DNA of 64,000 nucleotides from Nitrospirota bacterium (GTDB lineage: Bacteria > Nitrospirota > Nitrospiria > Nitrospirales > Nitrospiraceae), in the NCBI GenBank assembly GCA_963701855.1, contig CAVPBK010000005.1, forward strand, positions 256,001 to 320,000, in the 5' to 3' direction. Of this stretch, positions 11,697 to 21,939 are shown one piece after another. Both the position numbers and the translations under genes were made by a program. The first letter of the stretch is position 1. Each line of letters starts with the position of its first letter. Below the pieces are notes generated by a model. It saw nothing but the letters and a program-made list of their open reading frames with translations, was not told the DNA's origin and searched no databases.

Positions 11697-13084
11697 AACG
11701 CCATTCGCAATTTCTTCAGAGTTCCCTCTTTTTATTTGATCTGGCTCTGATCTGTGCCTGCTGGCTGGCAGCCTATTACATTCGCTTTTCGGGTGGATGG
11801 GGGCCGGTCGGCAAGGGTGTTCCACCTCTGGAGATTTATATTTATTTACTTGTGCCGATCGTGATCGTATGGGGAGTATCTTTTCGGGCATTTAATTTGT
11901 ATCGACCTCGACGGATGGGCTCCCACCTGGCCGAGGTCCTCGACATTGCTATAGCCAATTCGTTGTCGGTGTTGATTCTCATCGGGTTAACATTTTTCGT
12001 TCGTCAGTTCGAATATTCGCGTCTAGTCTTTCTATATTTCTGGGTTTTGAATCTTGTTACGCTCAGCTTCTCGCGAATGGTGTTTCGCGAGGGCCTGAGG
12101 TTTTTCAGAAAGCAGGGTTACAACCAGCGACATTGTCTGATCATCGGGGCAGGCAAACTCGGACAGCGGATTGCCCGCTCACTGTCGCTTCATCCTGAAT
12201 TCGGCATTAAAGTCCAGGGCTACTTGACCCGCAAGCCGAAAAAGTTGGGCGAAACCTTTGAAGGGGTTCCGGTCATCGGCTTATACGGCGATGTGGAGAA
12301 GTATGCGCCAGCTTTGGACATGGTCTTTCTTTGTCTTCCTCCTGAGTCCGAGCCACAAGCGGAAAAGATGCTGGCGTATTTAGCGACCACGACCGTCGAA
12401 GTGAAAGTCATCCCGTCAATTTATGAGTTTATTACGCTCCGTGCCGAGGCGGAGATGTTTGAAGGGTTACCGATTATCACGCTACAGGGCTCGCCTCTCC
12501 ACGGATGGAACATTATCCTCAAGCGTAGCAGCGATTTAATCGGTTGTATGATCGCGCTTCTCCTGACACTGCCGGTGCAGGGATTTGTCGCGTTGCTGAT
12601 TAAGCTGACTTCGTCCGGACCGATCTTATTCAAGCAGGAGCGCATGGGGTTGGATGGAAAGCCGTTCATGATGCTCAAGTTTCGTACGATGCGCGCGGAT
12701 CATGCAGGCGATCACGCGCTGTTGACCCAGAAGAATGATCCCCGCGTGACATCGATCGGACGCTTCTTACGATCGACCAGTTTGGATGAACTGCCACAAT
12801 TCTGGAACGTTCTGAAGGGAGATATGAGCATCGTCGGACCACGGCCGGAACGGTCTTGGGTGGTCGAGGAGGTTCGAAAACAGATTCCTCTGTATATGCT
12901 CAAGCATAAGATGAAGGCCGGGATCACGGGCTGGGCGCAAGTCAATGGTTGGCGTGGCGACACCTCGCTTGAGAAACGAATTGAGTTCGACCTCTATTAT
13001 ATTGAGCATTGGTCCCTCTGGCTCGATCTGAAGATCATGTGGCTGACGATATGGCAAGGATTTGTTCACAAGCATGCCTATTGA
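11690..13084 (+). CDS. Undecaprenyl-phosphate glucose phosphotransferase (WcaJ-type priming transferase)
   Basis: N-terminal TM helices and a C-terminal sugar-transferase domain with [29 protein letters not shown] and [13 protein letters not shown]. Confidence 0.93.
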   Translation: MLKRHSQFLQSSLFLFDLALICACWLAAYYIRFSGGWGPVGKGVPPLEIYIYLLVPIVIVWGVSFRAFNLYRPRRMGSHLAEVLDIAIANSLSVLILIGLTFFVRQFEYSRLVFLYFWVLNLVTLSFSRMVFREGLRFFRKQGYNQRHCLIIGAGKLGQRIARSLSLHPEFGIKVQGYLTRKPKKLGETFEGVPVIGLYGDVEKYAPALDMVFLCLPPESEPQAEKMLAYLATTTVEVKVIPSIYEFITLRAEAEMFEGLPIITLQGSPLHGWNIILKRSSDLIGCMIALLLTLPVQGFVALLIKLTSSGPILFKQERMGLDGKPFMMLKFRTMRADHAGDHALLTQKNDPRVTSIGRFLRSTSLDELPQFWNVLKGDMSIVGPRPERSWVVEEVRKQIPLYMLKHKMKAGITGWAQVNGWRGDTSLEKRIEFDLYYIEHWSLWLDLKIMWLTIWQGFVHKHAY

Positions 13085-13142
13085 TTGCACTGAGGTGTTC
13101 TCTCCTCGCTAAGAAGCAACAAACAGGGATTCCAACAACAGG

Positions 13143-14216
13143 ATGAGTATTGTAGTCACCGGCGGCGCCGGGTTTATCGGCGCCAACTTCGTTCTCGATT
13201 GGCTGGCGCACAACGACGAGCCAGTCATCAACCTCGACAAGCTCACTTATGCGGGCAATCTGGAGAGTCTTGTCAGTCTGCAAGGCGACGCGCGGCATAT
13301 CTTCGTGCGGGGTGACATCGGAGAGACATCGTTGGTCGATCGATTGCTGGCCGAGCATCGCCCCCGGGCCATCATCAACTTTGCCGCTGAGAGTCATGTT
13401 GACCGGTCAATTCACGACCCTGGCGAATTCATCCAGACCAATATCGTCGGCACCTTTCATCTGCTGGAGTCCGTGCGTGCCTACTGGGACGCGCTGGAGG
13501 GCGAGGCTAAAGAACACTTCCGTTTTCTGCACGTGTCCACCGACGAGGTCTACGGCTCGTTAAGGAAAGATGACCCGGCCTTCAGAGAAACGAATCGTTA
13601 CGAACCCAATAGCCCCTATTCTGCCAGCAAAGCTGGCAGTGACCATCTGGTGCGTGCATTCCACCACACTTATGGCCTGCCAGTCCTCACGACCAACTGC
13701 TCCAACAACTACGGTCCCTACCACTTTCCTGAAAAGCTTATTCCGCTCGTCATCCACAATGCGCTGGCGGGCAAGCCGTTGCCTATCTATGGTGACGGCC
13801 AACAAATCCGCGACTGGCTCTATGTCAAAGACCACTGCAAGGCTATCCACCGGGTGCTCGAAGCGGGGCGTATGGGGGAAACCTATAACATTGGTGGCGG
13901 GCACGAAAAGGCTAATCTCGAAGTTGTCCAGACTCTGTGCGACATCCTGGACGAACTTGCTCCACCTGCCACCTGCCACTTACCATTTGCCACGTACCGC
14001 TCACTGATCACCTTCGTCAAGGATCGCCCAGGTCACGATCGCCGCTATGCCATTGACGCTAGTAAGCTTGAACGCGAACTGGGTTGGAAGCCCCAAGAAA
14101 CCTTTGAAACCGGCATTCGCAAGACGGTAGCGTGGTATCTGGAGAACCAGAACTGGGTTGCTAACGTGACCAGCGGTGCCTACCGCAACTGGGTCGAAAG
14201 GCAATATGGCGAATAG
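13143..14216 (+). CDS. rfbB: dTDP-glucose 4,6-dehydratase
   Basis: [30 protein letters not shown] and DRPGHDRRY motifs. Confidence 0.97.
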   Translation: MSIVVTGGAGFIGANFVLDWLAHNDEPVINLDKLTYAGNLESLVSLQGDARHIFVRGDIGETSLVDRLLAEHRPRAIINFAAESHVDRSIHDPGEFIQTNIVGTFHLLESVRAYWDALEGEAKEHFRFLHVSTDEVYGSLRKDDPAFRETNRYEPNSPYSASKAGSDHLVRAFHHTYGLPVLTTNCSNNYGPYHFPEKLIPLVIHNALAGKPLPIYGDGQQIRDWLYVKDHCKAIHRVLEAGRMGETYNIGGGHEKANLEVVQTLCDILDELAPPATCHLPFATYRSLITFVKDRPGHDRRYAIDASKLERELGWKPQETFETGIRKTVAWYLENQNWVANVTSGAYRNWVERQYGE

Positions 14217-14273
14217 CGAGAGCAGATTCGTAGCTGCTCAGGTGGATAGACTGAAGATTTTTAGGGGCCAATC

Positions 14274-14441
14274 ATGGGCGATCACACTAAGCTTTGGGCA
14301 TTTGAGAGGGCTGATGGGGTAGCAGGGCTGGTCTCTCAGGGAACCGCGGGAACGTTGCGTGATGATTGGTTTACTTCAACCCTCAGCCTAGATATCTGGG
14401 CATTTACCAAAACGCTAAAAATGGATGGAATAAAGAAATGA
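14274..14441 (+). pseudogene. Truncated four-helix-bundle (23S rRNA intervening-sequence protein family) remnant
   Basis: MGDHTKLWAFERADGVAGLVSQGTAG resembles the N-terminus of this family, then diverges. Flanked by short tandem-repeat arrays like the other two copies. Confidence 0.5.
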
Positions 14442-14511
14442 TAGCAACCAACCCTTCGCGACCCGCCACTCGCCACTCGCCGCCTGCCACTCTCCAAAGG
14501 CACTACCGCGC

Positions 14512-15411
14512 ATGAAGATCTTGCTTCTGGGAAAGAACGGGCAGGTCGGTTTTGAGCTACAGCGTGCACTGGCTCCCTTAGGGGAAGTCTGTGCCGTTGA
14601 TCAACCTGAATGTGATTTGGCAGATGCATCTGCTATTCGTGAACTGGTGCGGTCGTTCAAACCAAACCTGATAGTCAATCCCGCTGCCTATACCGCAGTG
14701 GACAAGGCAGAGTCCGAGCCGGAGCTGGCTCACGCCATTAATACCGTCACTCCTGGAGTGCTCGGAGAAGAAGCGGCGAAGCAGGGCGCATGGGTGGTGC
14801 ATTATTCCACCGACTACGTGTTCGATGGCATCAAGCCGAGCGCATATACCGAAGATGACCCCGCGAATCCCCAGAGTATCTATGGTCGCACCAAAAGGGA
14901 TGGTGAAATCTCGCTACAACAAAGCGGGGTGCCGTACCTGATCTTTCGCACGAGCTGGGTGGTTGGAGCGCATGGCTGGAATTTTGCCAAAACCATTCTG
15001 CGATTGGCCGGTGAGCGCGAAAGTTTGAACGTGGTGGCCGATCAATATGGCGCGCCAACCTCTGCTGCTTTGCTGGCTGATGTGACGGCTCAGCTTGTCT
15101 GGCAGAAACAGCGTGAGGGGGGGGAGCGCTTCCCATTTGGTTTGTATCACCTGGTGGCCAGCGGTGAGACCAACTGGTGTGACTATGCGAGGTTTGTCGT
15201 GTCGGAAGCCCTCGCTGCCGGCAAGCTGCTCAAGCTCTCGCCGGATTCCATTCGTGCGATTACCTCTTCCGAATATCCGACGCCCGCCAAGCGTCCGGCC
15301 AATTCACGGCTGGATACCCGCAAGTTGCGCAGTACTTTTGAATTGGAATTGCCCAACTGGCAAAGCGGTGTCCGGCACATCCTTCAACAGATTCTGGCTG
15401 ATGGTAAGTAG
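14512..15411 (+). CDS. rfbD: dTDP-4-dehydrorhamnose reductase
   Basis: GKNGQVG, AAYTAVDKAE, HYSTDYVFDG, YGRTK and DQYGAPT motifs. Confidence 0.96.
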   Translation: MKILLLGKNGQVGFELQRALAPLGEVCAVDQPECDLADASAIRELVRSFKPNLIVNPAAYTAVDKAESEPELAHAINTVTPGVLGEEAAKQGAWVVHYSTDYVFDGIKPSAYTEDDPANPQSIYGRTKRDGEISLQQSGVPYLIFRTSWVVGAHGWNFAKTILRLAGERESLNVVADQYGAPTSAALLADVTAQLVWQKQREGGERFPFGLYHLVASGETNWCDYARFVVSEALAAGKLLKLSPDSIRAITSSEYPTPAKRPANSRLDTRKLRSTFELELPNWQSGVRHILQQILADGK

Positions 15412-15442
15412 TAAGTAATAAGTAGTGAGTGTGGAGTAGGAA

Positions 15443-15803
15443 ATGAAGATGGGTAAGCCACACGAGCGGCTCGATGCTCGGAAGTTCTCGATGGAATTGG
15501 CTAAGGCGGTGTATCAGATGACCTCGAATTTCCAGGCAGAGGAGCGTTATGGATTGGCGCAGCAAATGAGACGTGCGGCCGTCTCTATTCCGCGTAACCT
15601 TGCGGAGGGTGCGGGTCAAAAATAGCGGAAAGGAATACGTTCATTTCATCGGTTTTTTACGTGGTTCACTCGCGGAGCTAGAAACTCAGATGCAACTGTC
15701 GGTGATGCTCGGTTTTACAATTGCCGATCATGCCGCATTCGATTTGGCTGATCGGGCAGGAAAATTGTCAACCGGTCTGCACAAAAAATGGAGCGCAGCA
15801 TGA
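15443..15803 (+). pseudogene. Four-helix-bundle protein (23S rRNA IVP family), one frameshift near 15620
   Basis: EERYGLAQQMRRAAVSIPRNLAEG, then in a shifted frame KEYVHFIGFLRGSLAELETQ. Confidence 0.85.
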
Positions 15804-16735
15804 CCCCACTCCCCAGTTCCCACTCACCACTCTCAGGGAATGCCCTCTCGCCACTTCCCAGAAAAGGCATCATCCTCGCCGGCGGTTCTGGCAGCCGACT
15901 GCACCCGGCCACATTGGCCATCAGCAAGCAGCTGCTGCCTGTGTTCGATAAGCCGATGATCTACTATCCACTTAGCACCCTTATGCTGGCGGGCATTCGG
16001 GACATCCTCATCATCTCCACACCGCAGGACACCCCTCGTTTTGAGCAACTGCTCGGCACGGGTGAGCAGTGGGGCCTGAAATTGCAATACGCAGTACAGC
16101 CCTCGCCCGATGGTTTGGCGCAAGCTTTCATCATCGGTGAATCGTTCATTGGGAATGATCTCTCGGCCCTGGTGTTAGGCGATAACATCTTTTACGGTCA
16201 TGACTTCCATTACTTGTTGCGCAACGCCATGGCCCGAACCGAAGGCGCGAGCGTGTTTGCCTACCACGTACAGGCTCCTGAGTGTTACGGCGTCGCCGAA
16301 TTTGACTCGAACGGCAAAGTGCTATCGCTGGAAGAGAAGCCCAAGCAACCGAAGTCTAACTACGCTGTGACTGGCCTGTATTTCTACGATCGACAAGTAA
16401 TTGATCTGGCCCAAAGTCTTACACCCTCACCTCGCGGCGAGTTGGAAATCACCGATCTCAACCGTTTGTATCTTGAACGAGGCAAGCTCAACGTCGAAGT
16501 CATGGGCCGAGGCTACGCCTGGCTGGACACTGGCACCCATGAATCGCTGCTCGAAGCCAGCCAGTTTATCGCCACACTAGAAAACCGGCAAGGCTTGAAG
16601 GTGGCATGTCCGGAAGAAATCGCCTACAGGTTAACGTGGATTGACGCCGCCAAACTGGAAAAGCTCGCGCAGCCCTTGATCAAAAGTGGTTACGGGCAAT
16701 ACCTGCTGCGCGTACTCAAGGAAAAGGTTTTTTAG
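15800..16735 (+). CDS. rfbA: Glucose-1-phosphate thymidylyltransferase
   Basis: [29 protein letters not shown] and GYAWLDTGT motifs. Carries a repeat-derived N-terminal extension. Confidence 0.97.
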   Translation: MTPLPSSHSPLSGNALSPLPRKGIILAGGSGSRLHPATLAISKQLLPVFDKPMIYYPLSTLMLAGIRDILIISTPQDTPRFEQLLGTGEQWGLKLQYAVQPSPDGLAQAFIIGESFIGNDLSALVLGDNIFYGHDFHYLLRNAMARTEGASVFAYHVQAPECYGVAEFDSNGKVLSLEEKPKQPKSNYAVTGLYFYDRQVIDLAQSLTPSPRGELEITDLNRLYLERGKLNVEVMGRGYAWLDTGTHESLLEASQFIATLENRQGLKVACPEEIAYRLTWIDAAKLEKLAQPLIKSGYGQYLLRVLKEKVF

Positions 16736-16945
16736 CGAGATTCGAGGGACAAGGTTCAAGGGGATGGCACGATTTGAACCTTGCCCCTTGAATCTTGAAA
16801 TGAAAACCACTCTTCGCATCCACTCCAAGTTAATAGGATGCTAGATCGACTCGCCGACCCATTGTTTACCCTAATCACAGATTTTGGTGGGCAACGCTAG
16901 GCAAGATCAGTAGTATGCCGGCAGGTTACATCTAGAGGTTGGACA

Positions 16946-17518
16946 ATGGCTCAACGATCGGCAACGAAAAAAGCAGCTCGATCCAGAAAAGTACCGCGCA
17001 AGCTACTCCAACGGATCCGTCTGTTTGCCACCGATGTGGACGGAGTCTTGACGGACGGCGGAATGTACTATGCCGAATCCGGTGATGAGTGGAAGAAGTT
17101 CAACACGCGCGATGGCATGGGGATCAAGCTGTTGCAGAGGGCAGGAATCATCACCGCCATCGTCACGCAGGAGCGGACGAAGCTGGTGGCGCGGCGTGCC
17201 GAGAAGCTCGCGATTCCCGAGCTGCACCAAGGGGTGATGGATAAGTTAACGGTGATTGGGGAGATGGCGGCCAGACATGGGCTCTCGCTCAAGCAGGTGG
17301 CCTATATTGGGGACGATATCAACGATCTTGAGACATTGGAGGCGGTAGGGTTTTCCGCCACACCGGCCGACGGGATGCCCCTGGTTGTTGCGGTGGCCGA
17401 CTATATCTGTCAGAAGAAGGGCGGGGAGGGAGCGGTTCGGGAAATCATTGAGATGATTCTTGAGGCGCAAGGTCGAAGTTCAAAATTCAAAATTCCAGGT
17501 TCTGGAAAACGCTCATAG
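16946..17518 (+). CDS. kdsC: KDO-8-phosphate phosphatase (HAD, KdsC-type)
   Basis: DVDGVLTDG, FNTRDGMG, YIGDDIND and GGEGAVRE motifs. Confidence 0.88.
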   Translation: MAQRSATKKAARSRKVPRKLLQRIRLFATDVDGVLTDGGMYYAESGDEWKKFNTRDGMGIKLLQRAGIITAIVTQERTKLVARRAEKLAIPELHQGVMDKLTVIGEMAARHGLSLKQVAYIGDDINDLETLEAVGFSATPADGMPLVVAVADYICQKKGGEGAVREIIEMILEAQGRSSKFKIPGSGKRS

Positions 17519-17535
17519 GGTAGGAAACTCAGTGT

Positions 17536-19053
17536 ATGGCCTCTCTCACACGCCGAACTTCGAAGCTTGGACTACATAATCATCTGTATCCCGTGATCAT
17601 GGCCGGCGGAAGCGGCACCAGATTTTGGCCGCTCAGCCGGCAGTTGTTTCCTAAACAGCTGCTTCGGATTTTGGGAGATGAAACGTTGATTCAGCAGACT
17701 ATGCGCCGAGTGGTCTGTGCGTCGGCGCCCAACCGGGTGATGATCTCCACGAATCCAGCTCAAGCAGAGTCCATTCGCGTCCAGCTGAGTGAATGGAAAG
17801 ATGCGCTCACAGATAATTTCGTGCTTGAACCGGAAGGGCGCAATACCGCTCCAGCAATTGCATTGGTGGCATTAGAACTGGTCCGCCGGGATCCTGACGC
17901 GATTATGTTGGTGGTTCCGGCCGATCATATTGTCAAAGGCCAGCGAGCATTTGATGCGGCGGTATTGTTGGCGGCGACGCTGGCGAAGCAAGACTATCTG
18001 GTGACCTTCGGCATCAAGCCGATTCGTCCAGAAACCGGCTATGGGTACATTAGGCCCAACTGGAAAGTGACGTTGGGAAAGCAGGGGACGCTCAAGGGAC
18101 ATCCGGTCAGCCGATTTGTTGAAAAACCCAATGCCACCAAGGCTGCGCAATATCTCAAGGCTGGGGACTACTACTGGAACAGCGGCATGTTTATTTGGCG
18201 TGCGGCAGCGATCCTCGATGAAATAAGCCGCCACCAACCCACCCTCTATCATGGGATCGAACGGATTGGCCAATTGATGCAGACTGGGGCGACCAGACAG
18301 GCCATCGACGATGCCTACAGGGCACTCACGTCAGTCTCGATTGATACAGGCGTCATGGAGCAGTCGAAGAAAGCGGCAATCGTGCCCGTGTCCTTTCAAT
18401 GGTCTGACGTTGGGAGTTGGGGGAGTCTGGATGAAGTGGCGCCGAGGGATAAGGCCGGCAATGTCATGGTCGGTCGTGTGGTCGACGTTGACAGCCGTCG
18501 ATCGATCGTCTACGGGGATCGCCGTCTCGTGGCGACGATCGGGCTTACCGACATGGTGGTGGTCGATACGCCGGACGCTACGTTAGTCTGTCCAAAATCA
18601 CGTGCGCAAGATGTGAAGCAGTTGGTCGAAATCCTGAAACGGCAGAACGCTCCGGAACATCTTGAGCATCTGACTGTGCATCGGCCCTGGGGGTCCTACA
18701 CGATTCTGGAAGAAGGTCTTGGTTACAAAGTGAAACGGGTGACGGTGAAACCGGGAGGGCGGCTCTCGTTACAGATGCACCATCGACGGAGCGAACATTG
18801 GGTGGTAATCACCGGGATCGCGCGAGTGACCAGGGGTGACGAGGTCTTCGATCTCAAAATTGGCCATAGCACAGAAATTCCTGTGGAAACCCGCCACCGG
18901 TTGGAAAACCACGGTCAAGAGACCCTGCATATCATTGAAGTGCAAAACGGACCTTACCTTGGGGAAGACGATATCGTCCGGTTTCAGGATGATTATGGGC
19001 GGGACGTTAATCGTGAAACGTTAACCGTGAAACGCAATAATCGGAAACTGTGA
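17536..19053 (+). CDS. manC: Mannose-1-phosphate guanylyltransferase/mannose-6-phosphate isomerase
   Basis: MAGGSGTRFWPLSR, EPEGRNTAPA, FVEKP and WSDVGSW motifs, plus a cupin domain (RPWG, SLQMHHRRSEHW). Confidence 0.95.
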   Translation: MASLTRRTSKLGLHNHLYPVIMAGGSGTRFWPLSRQLFPKQLLRILGDETLIQQTMRRVVCASAPNRVMISTNPAQAESIRVQLSEWKDALTDNFVLEPEGRNTAPAIALVALELVRRDPDAIMLVVPADHIVKGQRAFDAAVLLAATLAKQDYLVTFGIKPIRPETGYGYIRPNWKVTLGKQGTLKGHPVSRFVEKPNATKAAQYLKAGDYYWNSGMFIWRAAAILDEISRHQPTLYHGIERIGQLMQTGATRQAIDDAYRALTSVSIDTGVMEQSKKAAIVPVSFQWSDVGSWGSLDEVAPRDKAGNVMVGRVVDVDSRRSIVYGDRRLVATIGLTDMVVVDTPDATLVCPKSRAQDVKQLVEILKRQNAPEHLEHLTVHRPWGSYTILEEGLGYKVKRVTVKPGGRLSLQMHHRRSEHWVVITGIARVTRGDEVFDLKIGHSTEIPVETRHRLENHGQETLHIIEVQNGPYLGEDDIVRFQDDYGRDVNRETLTVKRNNRKL

Positions 19054-19056
19054 TCC

Positions 19057-19377
19057 ATGGAAATGGAAGGTACTGGGGAAGAGCAATCAATCATCAGAAC
19101 ATTCGAAGACCTCGATGTCTGGAAGGTGTGCAGAGACCTAAGAACGCAGATTGCGACCATAGTGCGCACGTTTCCAAGGGAGGAGCAATATCGGTTGCGG
19201 GATCAACTTATCAGGGCATCACGATCTGTTACGGCCAATCTAGCAGAAGGGTACGGACGATTTCATTACGCGGAGAACATCCAGTTTGCGAGGCAGGCAA
19301 GGGGCTCGTTATACAAAATCATAGTTACTACTCAGGTAGATAGACGGAAGGCTACAGCCTTCAGCCTGAACCCCTGA
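19057..19377 (+). CDS. Four-helix-bundle protein (23S rRNA IVP family), C-terminus apparently truncated
   Basis: FEDLDVWK, FPREEQYRLRDQLIRASRSVTANLAEGYGR and ARGSL motifs. The last helix appears replaced by a hairpin repeat. Confidence 0.85.
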   Translation: MEMEGTGEEQSIIRTFEDLDVWKVCRDLRTQIATIVRTFPREEQYRLRDQLIRASRSVTANLAEGYGRFHYAENIQFARQARGSLYKIIVTTQVDRRKATAFSLNP

Positions 19378-19446
19378 CGAGTTACCGATATTTATCAAAA
19401 GCAAGAACGTCATCACGCGGTTCACGATTAACGAGTAACGAGGGTC

Positions 19447-20847
19447 ATGGGACTATTTCGCGAGTACGATTTGCGCGGCATCGTGGGGCAGGAACTCACC
19501 GATTCGATCGCGGAGCAGGTGGGTCGGGCCTACTGCACCTATGTGAAAGACCGTGGGGTGAAGACGATTTCGGTCGGGCGAGATGGCCGACTGAGTTCAC
19601 CTGGGCTTTACAAGGCTCTTGTGCGGGGTCTCCTCGCCGGTGGACTGAACGTGGTGGATATCGGCATTTGTCCCTCGCCGTTGGTGTATTTCTCTCTGTT
19701 TCAATTACCGGTTGACGGCGGCATCATGATTACCGGGAGCCACAATACCGCAGAATACAATGGATTTAAGATCTGCATCGGGAAAGACACGATTCATGGA
19801 GAGGAGATCCAGGCGCTTCGAGTGGTAATGGAAGCCGGCTCTTTTGTATCTGGATCTGGACAGTTATCGGAGTATCCCATCATTCCCGACTATCTGGCCT
19901 ATATCAAGAAGAGCTTCACCCATGTCAATGCGAAACGCCTGCACGTCGTCATCGACTGTGGAAATGGTGTGGCGGCCTTGGTGGCCAAACAGGCTTTGGA
20001 GCTTCTCGGCTGTCATGTCACAGGGCTCTATTGCGATCTCGACGGGAGATTTCCAAACCACCATCCCGACCCCACGGTTTTAGAGAATCTCGACGATCTG
20101 ATTCAGTCCGTCAAACAACACAAAGCCGATGTCGGGATCGGCTACGACGGAGATGCCGATCGCATTGGGACCATTGATGAGCAGGGCAATGTGTTGTGGG
20201 GCGATCGCCTGATGGTGATCTACGCCCGCGATATTCTGGCAGCAAAGCCGGGGTGTACCATCATCTCAGAGGTCAAATCCTCGCAGAGCCTCTATGATGA
20301 TATTGCAAAGCTGGGGGGGCGACCGATCATGTGGAAGACCGGCCATTCCCTGATCAAGGCGAAGATGAAAAGCGAGCAGGCCCTCTTGGCCGGCGAAATG
20401 TCCGGGCACATGTTCTTTGCCGATCGGTATTTCGGGTATGACGACGCGATTTATGCCTCCTGCCGGCTGGTGGAGATTTTAGCCAAGACCACTCGTTCGC
20501 TCTCCGCGTTGGTGGCGGATCTTCCGAAGACGTCCGTTACCCCGGAGATCCGGGTAGACGTGTCGGATACCATCAAATTTGAGTTAGTCAGGCATGTGCA
20601 GGAACGGTTGACAGACTGCATGAAGACCCGCGAGGAGCTTGGTTCGGCCAAGCTGGTGGCCCGCGATGTCGTCACCATCGATGGGGTGCGTGCCATCTTC
20701 GAGGATGGGTGGGGTCTGATCCGAGCCTCGAACACTCAGCCGGCCCTTGTATTACGGTTTGAAGCCACGTCGCCGGAGCGGTTGGCCACAATCCGCGCAG
20801 TCATTGAAGGCGAGCTGGCAGCGGCCAAACAAGCCCTTGGCTGCTAA
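19447..20847 (+). CDS. Phosphomannomutase/phosphoglucomutase (AlgC-type)
   Basis: FREYDLRG, ITGSHN, DGDADR, GEMSGH and RASNTQP motifs. Confidence 0.95.
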   Translation: MGLFREYDLRGIVGQELTDSIAEQVGRAYCTYVKDRGVKTISVGRDGRLSSPGLYKALVRGLLAGGLNVVDIGICPSPLVYFSLFQLPVDGGIMITGSHNTAEYNGFKICIGKDTIHGEEIQALRVVMEAGSFVSGSGQLSEYPIIPDYLAYIKKSFTHVNAKRLHVVIDCGNGVAALVAKQALELLGCHVTGLYCDLDGRFPNHHPDPTVLENLDDLIQSVKQHKADVGIGYDGDADRIGTIDEQGNVLWGDRLMVIYARDILAAKPGCTIISEVKSSQSLYDDIAKLGGRPIMWKTGHSLIKAKMKSEQALLAGEMSGHMFFADRYFGYDDAIYASCRLVEILAKTTRSLSALVADLPKTSVTPEIRVDVSDTIKFELVRHVQERLTDCMKTREELGSAKLVARDVVTIDGVRAIFEDGWGLIRASNTQPALVLRFEATSPERLATIRAVIEGELAAAKQALGC

Positions 20848-20848
20848 G

Positions 20849-21002
20849 CAGAATGCGGAAAAAGTCCGCCAGCAGGGAGGGGGGGAGTGCTTCTTGTCCA
20901 GAACGGCCTATAAGAAGTGCTGTCATCGTGTGTTAACTCAGACGAACCCCTAACCGAGATAGAGAGATGGACGGGCCTTGCTGGACGGACTTTTGAGACC
21001 TG
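20849..21002. repeat. MITE-like element with terminal inverted repeats
   Basis: AAAAGTCCGCCAGCA (20860-20874) versus TGCTGGACGGACTTTT (20979-20994), one bulge. Non-coding interior. Confidence 0.5.
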
Positions 21003-21049
21003 AGGGATGCGTCTTTCTTGTGCCATTACCCGCCTCCTAGCTTACTCAA

Positions 21050-21881
21050 ATGACTGCTTCTCAACCGATACAGCTTATACGCGATGCGTGTTTCGCTCCA
21101 TGCTCTTTTTCCCGCATGTGGCTCATATTGGCATGGCTGATTTGAGTGCCAGAGCGGTTCGATCTCGTGGGCTGGGTCTGCTAGCGAGCCTTCTTCAGCG
21201 CGATCCTTCCAAGTTGGGGAACAGCTCACCTATGAAATTTCTTGGTTGAATATCACAGCCGGCACAGCTGTGATGGCTGTTAGTGATGCCGGTATGGACG
21301 GAGGACGATCACTGGAGAAATTGATCACTACGGCGCAGTCGAAGCCCGTCATCACCAAGTTCTTTCCCGTCGATAACCGGGTTGAGTCGATTGTGGATCC
21401 CGCCACGCTGCTTCCTGAGCATTTGACTTTCAAGCGGCGAGAAGGGAAGAAGAAAGAAGACTTCGAGTACACATTTCATCAGAAAGAGGGGAGGGTCACA
21501 GTCGTCAAAGACGGGACGACTGAAACATTGGAGATGCCAACGGGCACCCAGGATGTCATCTCCTGTCTCTATTATGCGCGTGCTACATTATCGTTCCAGC
21601 CGGGCTCATCTCTGACGATGAATGTGTATCATGATAAAAAGAACCGCAAACTGGACGTGCTGGTTGAGGGGGTCGAGACTGTCAGTAGTCCGTGGGGGGA
21701 AGTTGAAACGGCTCGTGTGTTGGTGATCATGCCGTTCCAAGGTCTCTTCCTCAACCAGGGCAACATCCGGGTGTGGTTTACCAACGATGATCGGCGCATT
21801 CCGGTTCGTATGAAGGCCAAGGTCATCATCGGGTCGATTGTGGCCGATCTCGTCAGCGGATTGCCGGCTTCCTTACGGTAA
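21050..21881 (+). CDS. DUF3108-like exported protein, apparent frameshift near 21140
   Basis: FQVGEQLTYEISWLNITAG...VWFTNDDRRIPVRMKAKVIIGSIVA. The signal-peptide-like start is in a different frame. Confidence 0.7.
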
Positions 21882-21939
21882 GGTAGCCAGTCGTTCGTTG
21901 CCCGACCAGTTCAAAACGGTTATACTTGCCTCTATTATC

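Noticed and set aside
14274..19377. Diversity-generating retroelement suggested by Avd-related four-helix-bundle genes
   Set aside because: No reverse transcriptase and no TR/VR pair differing at adenines in the window.
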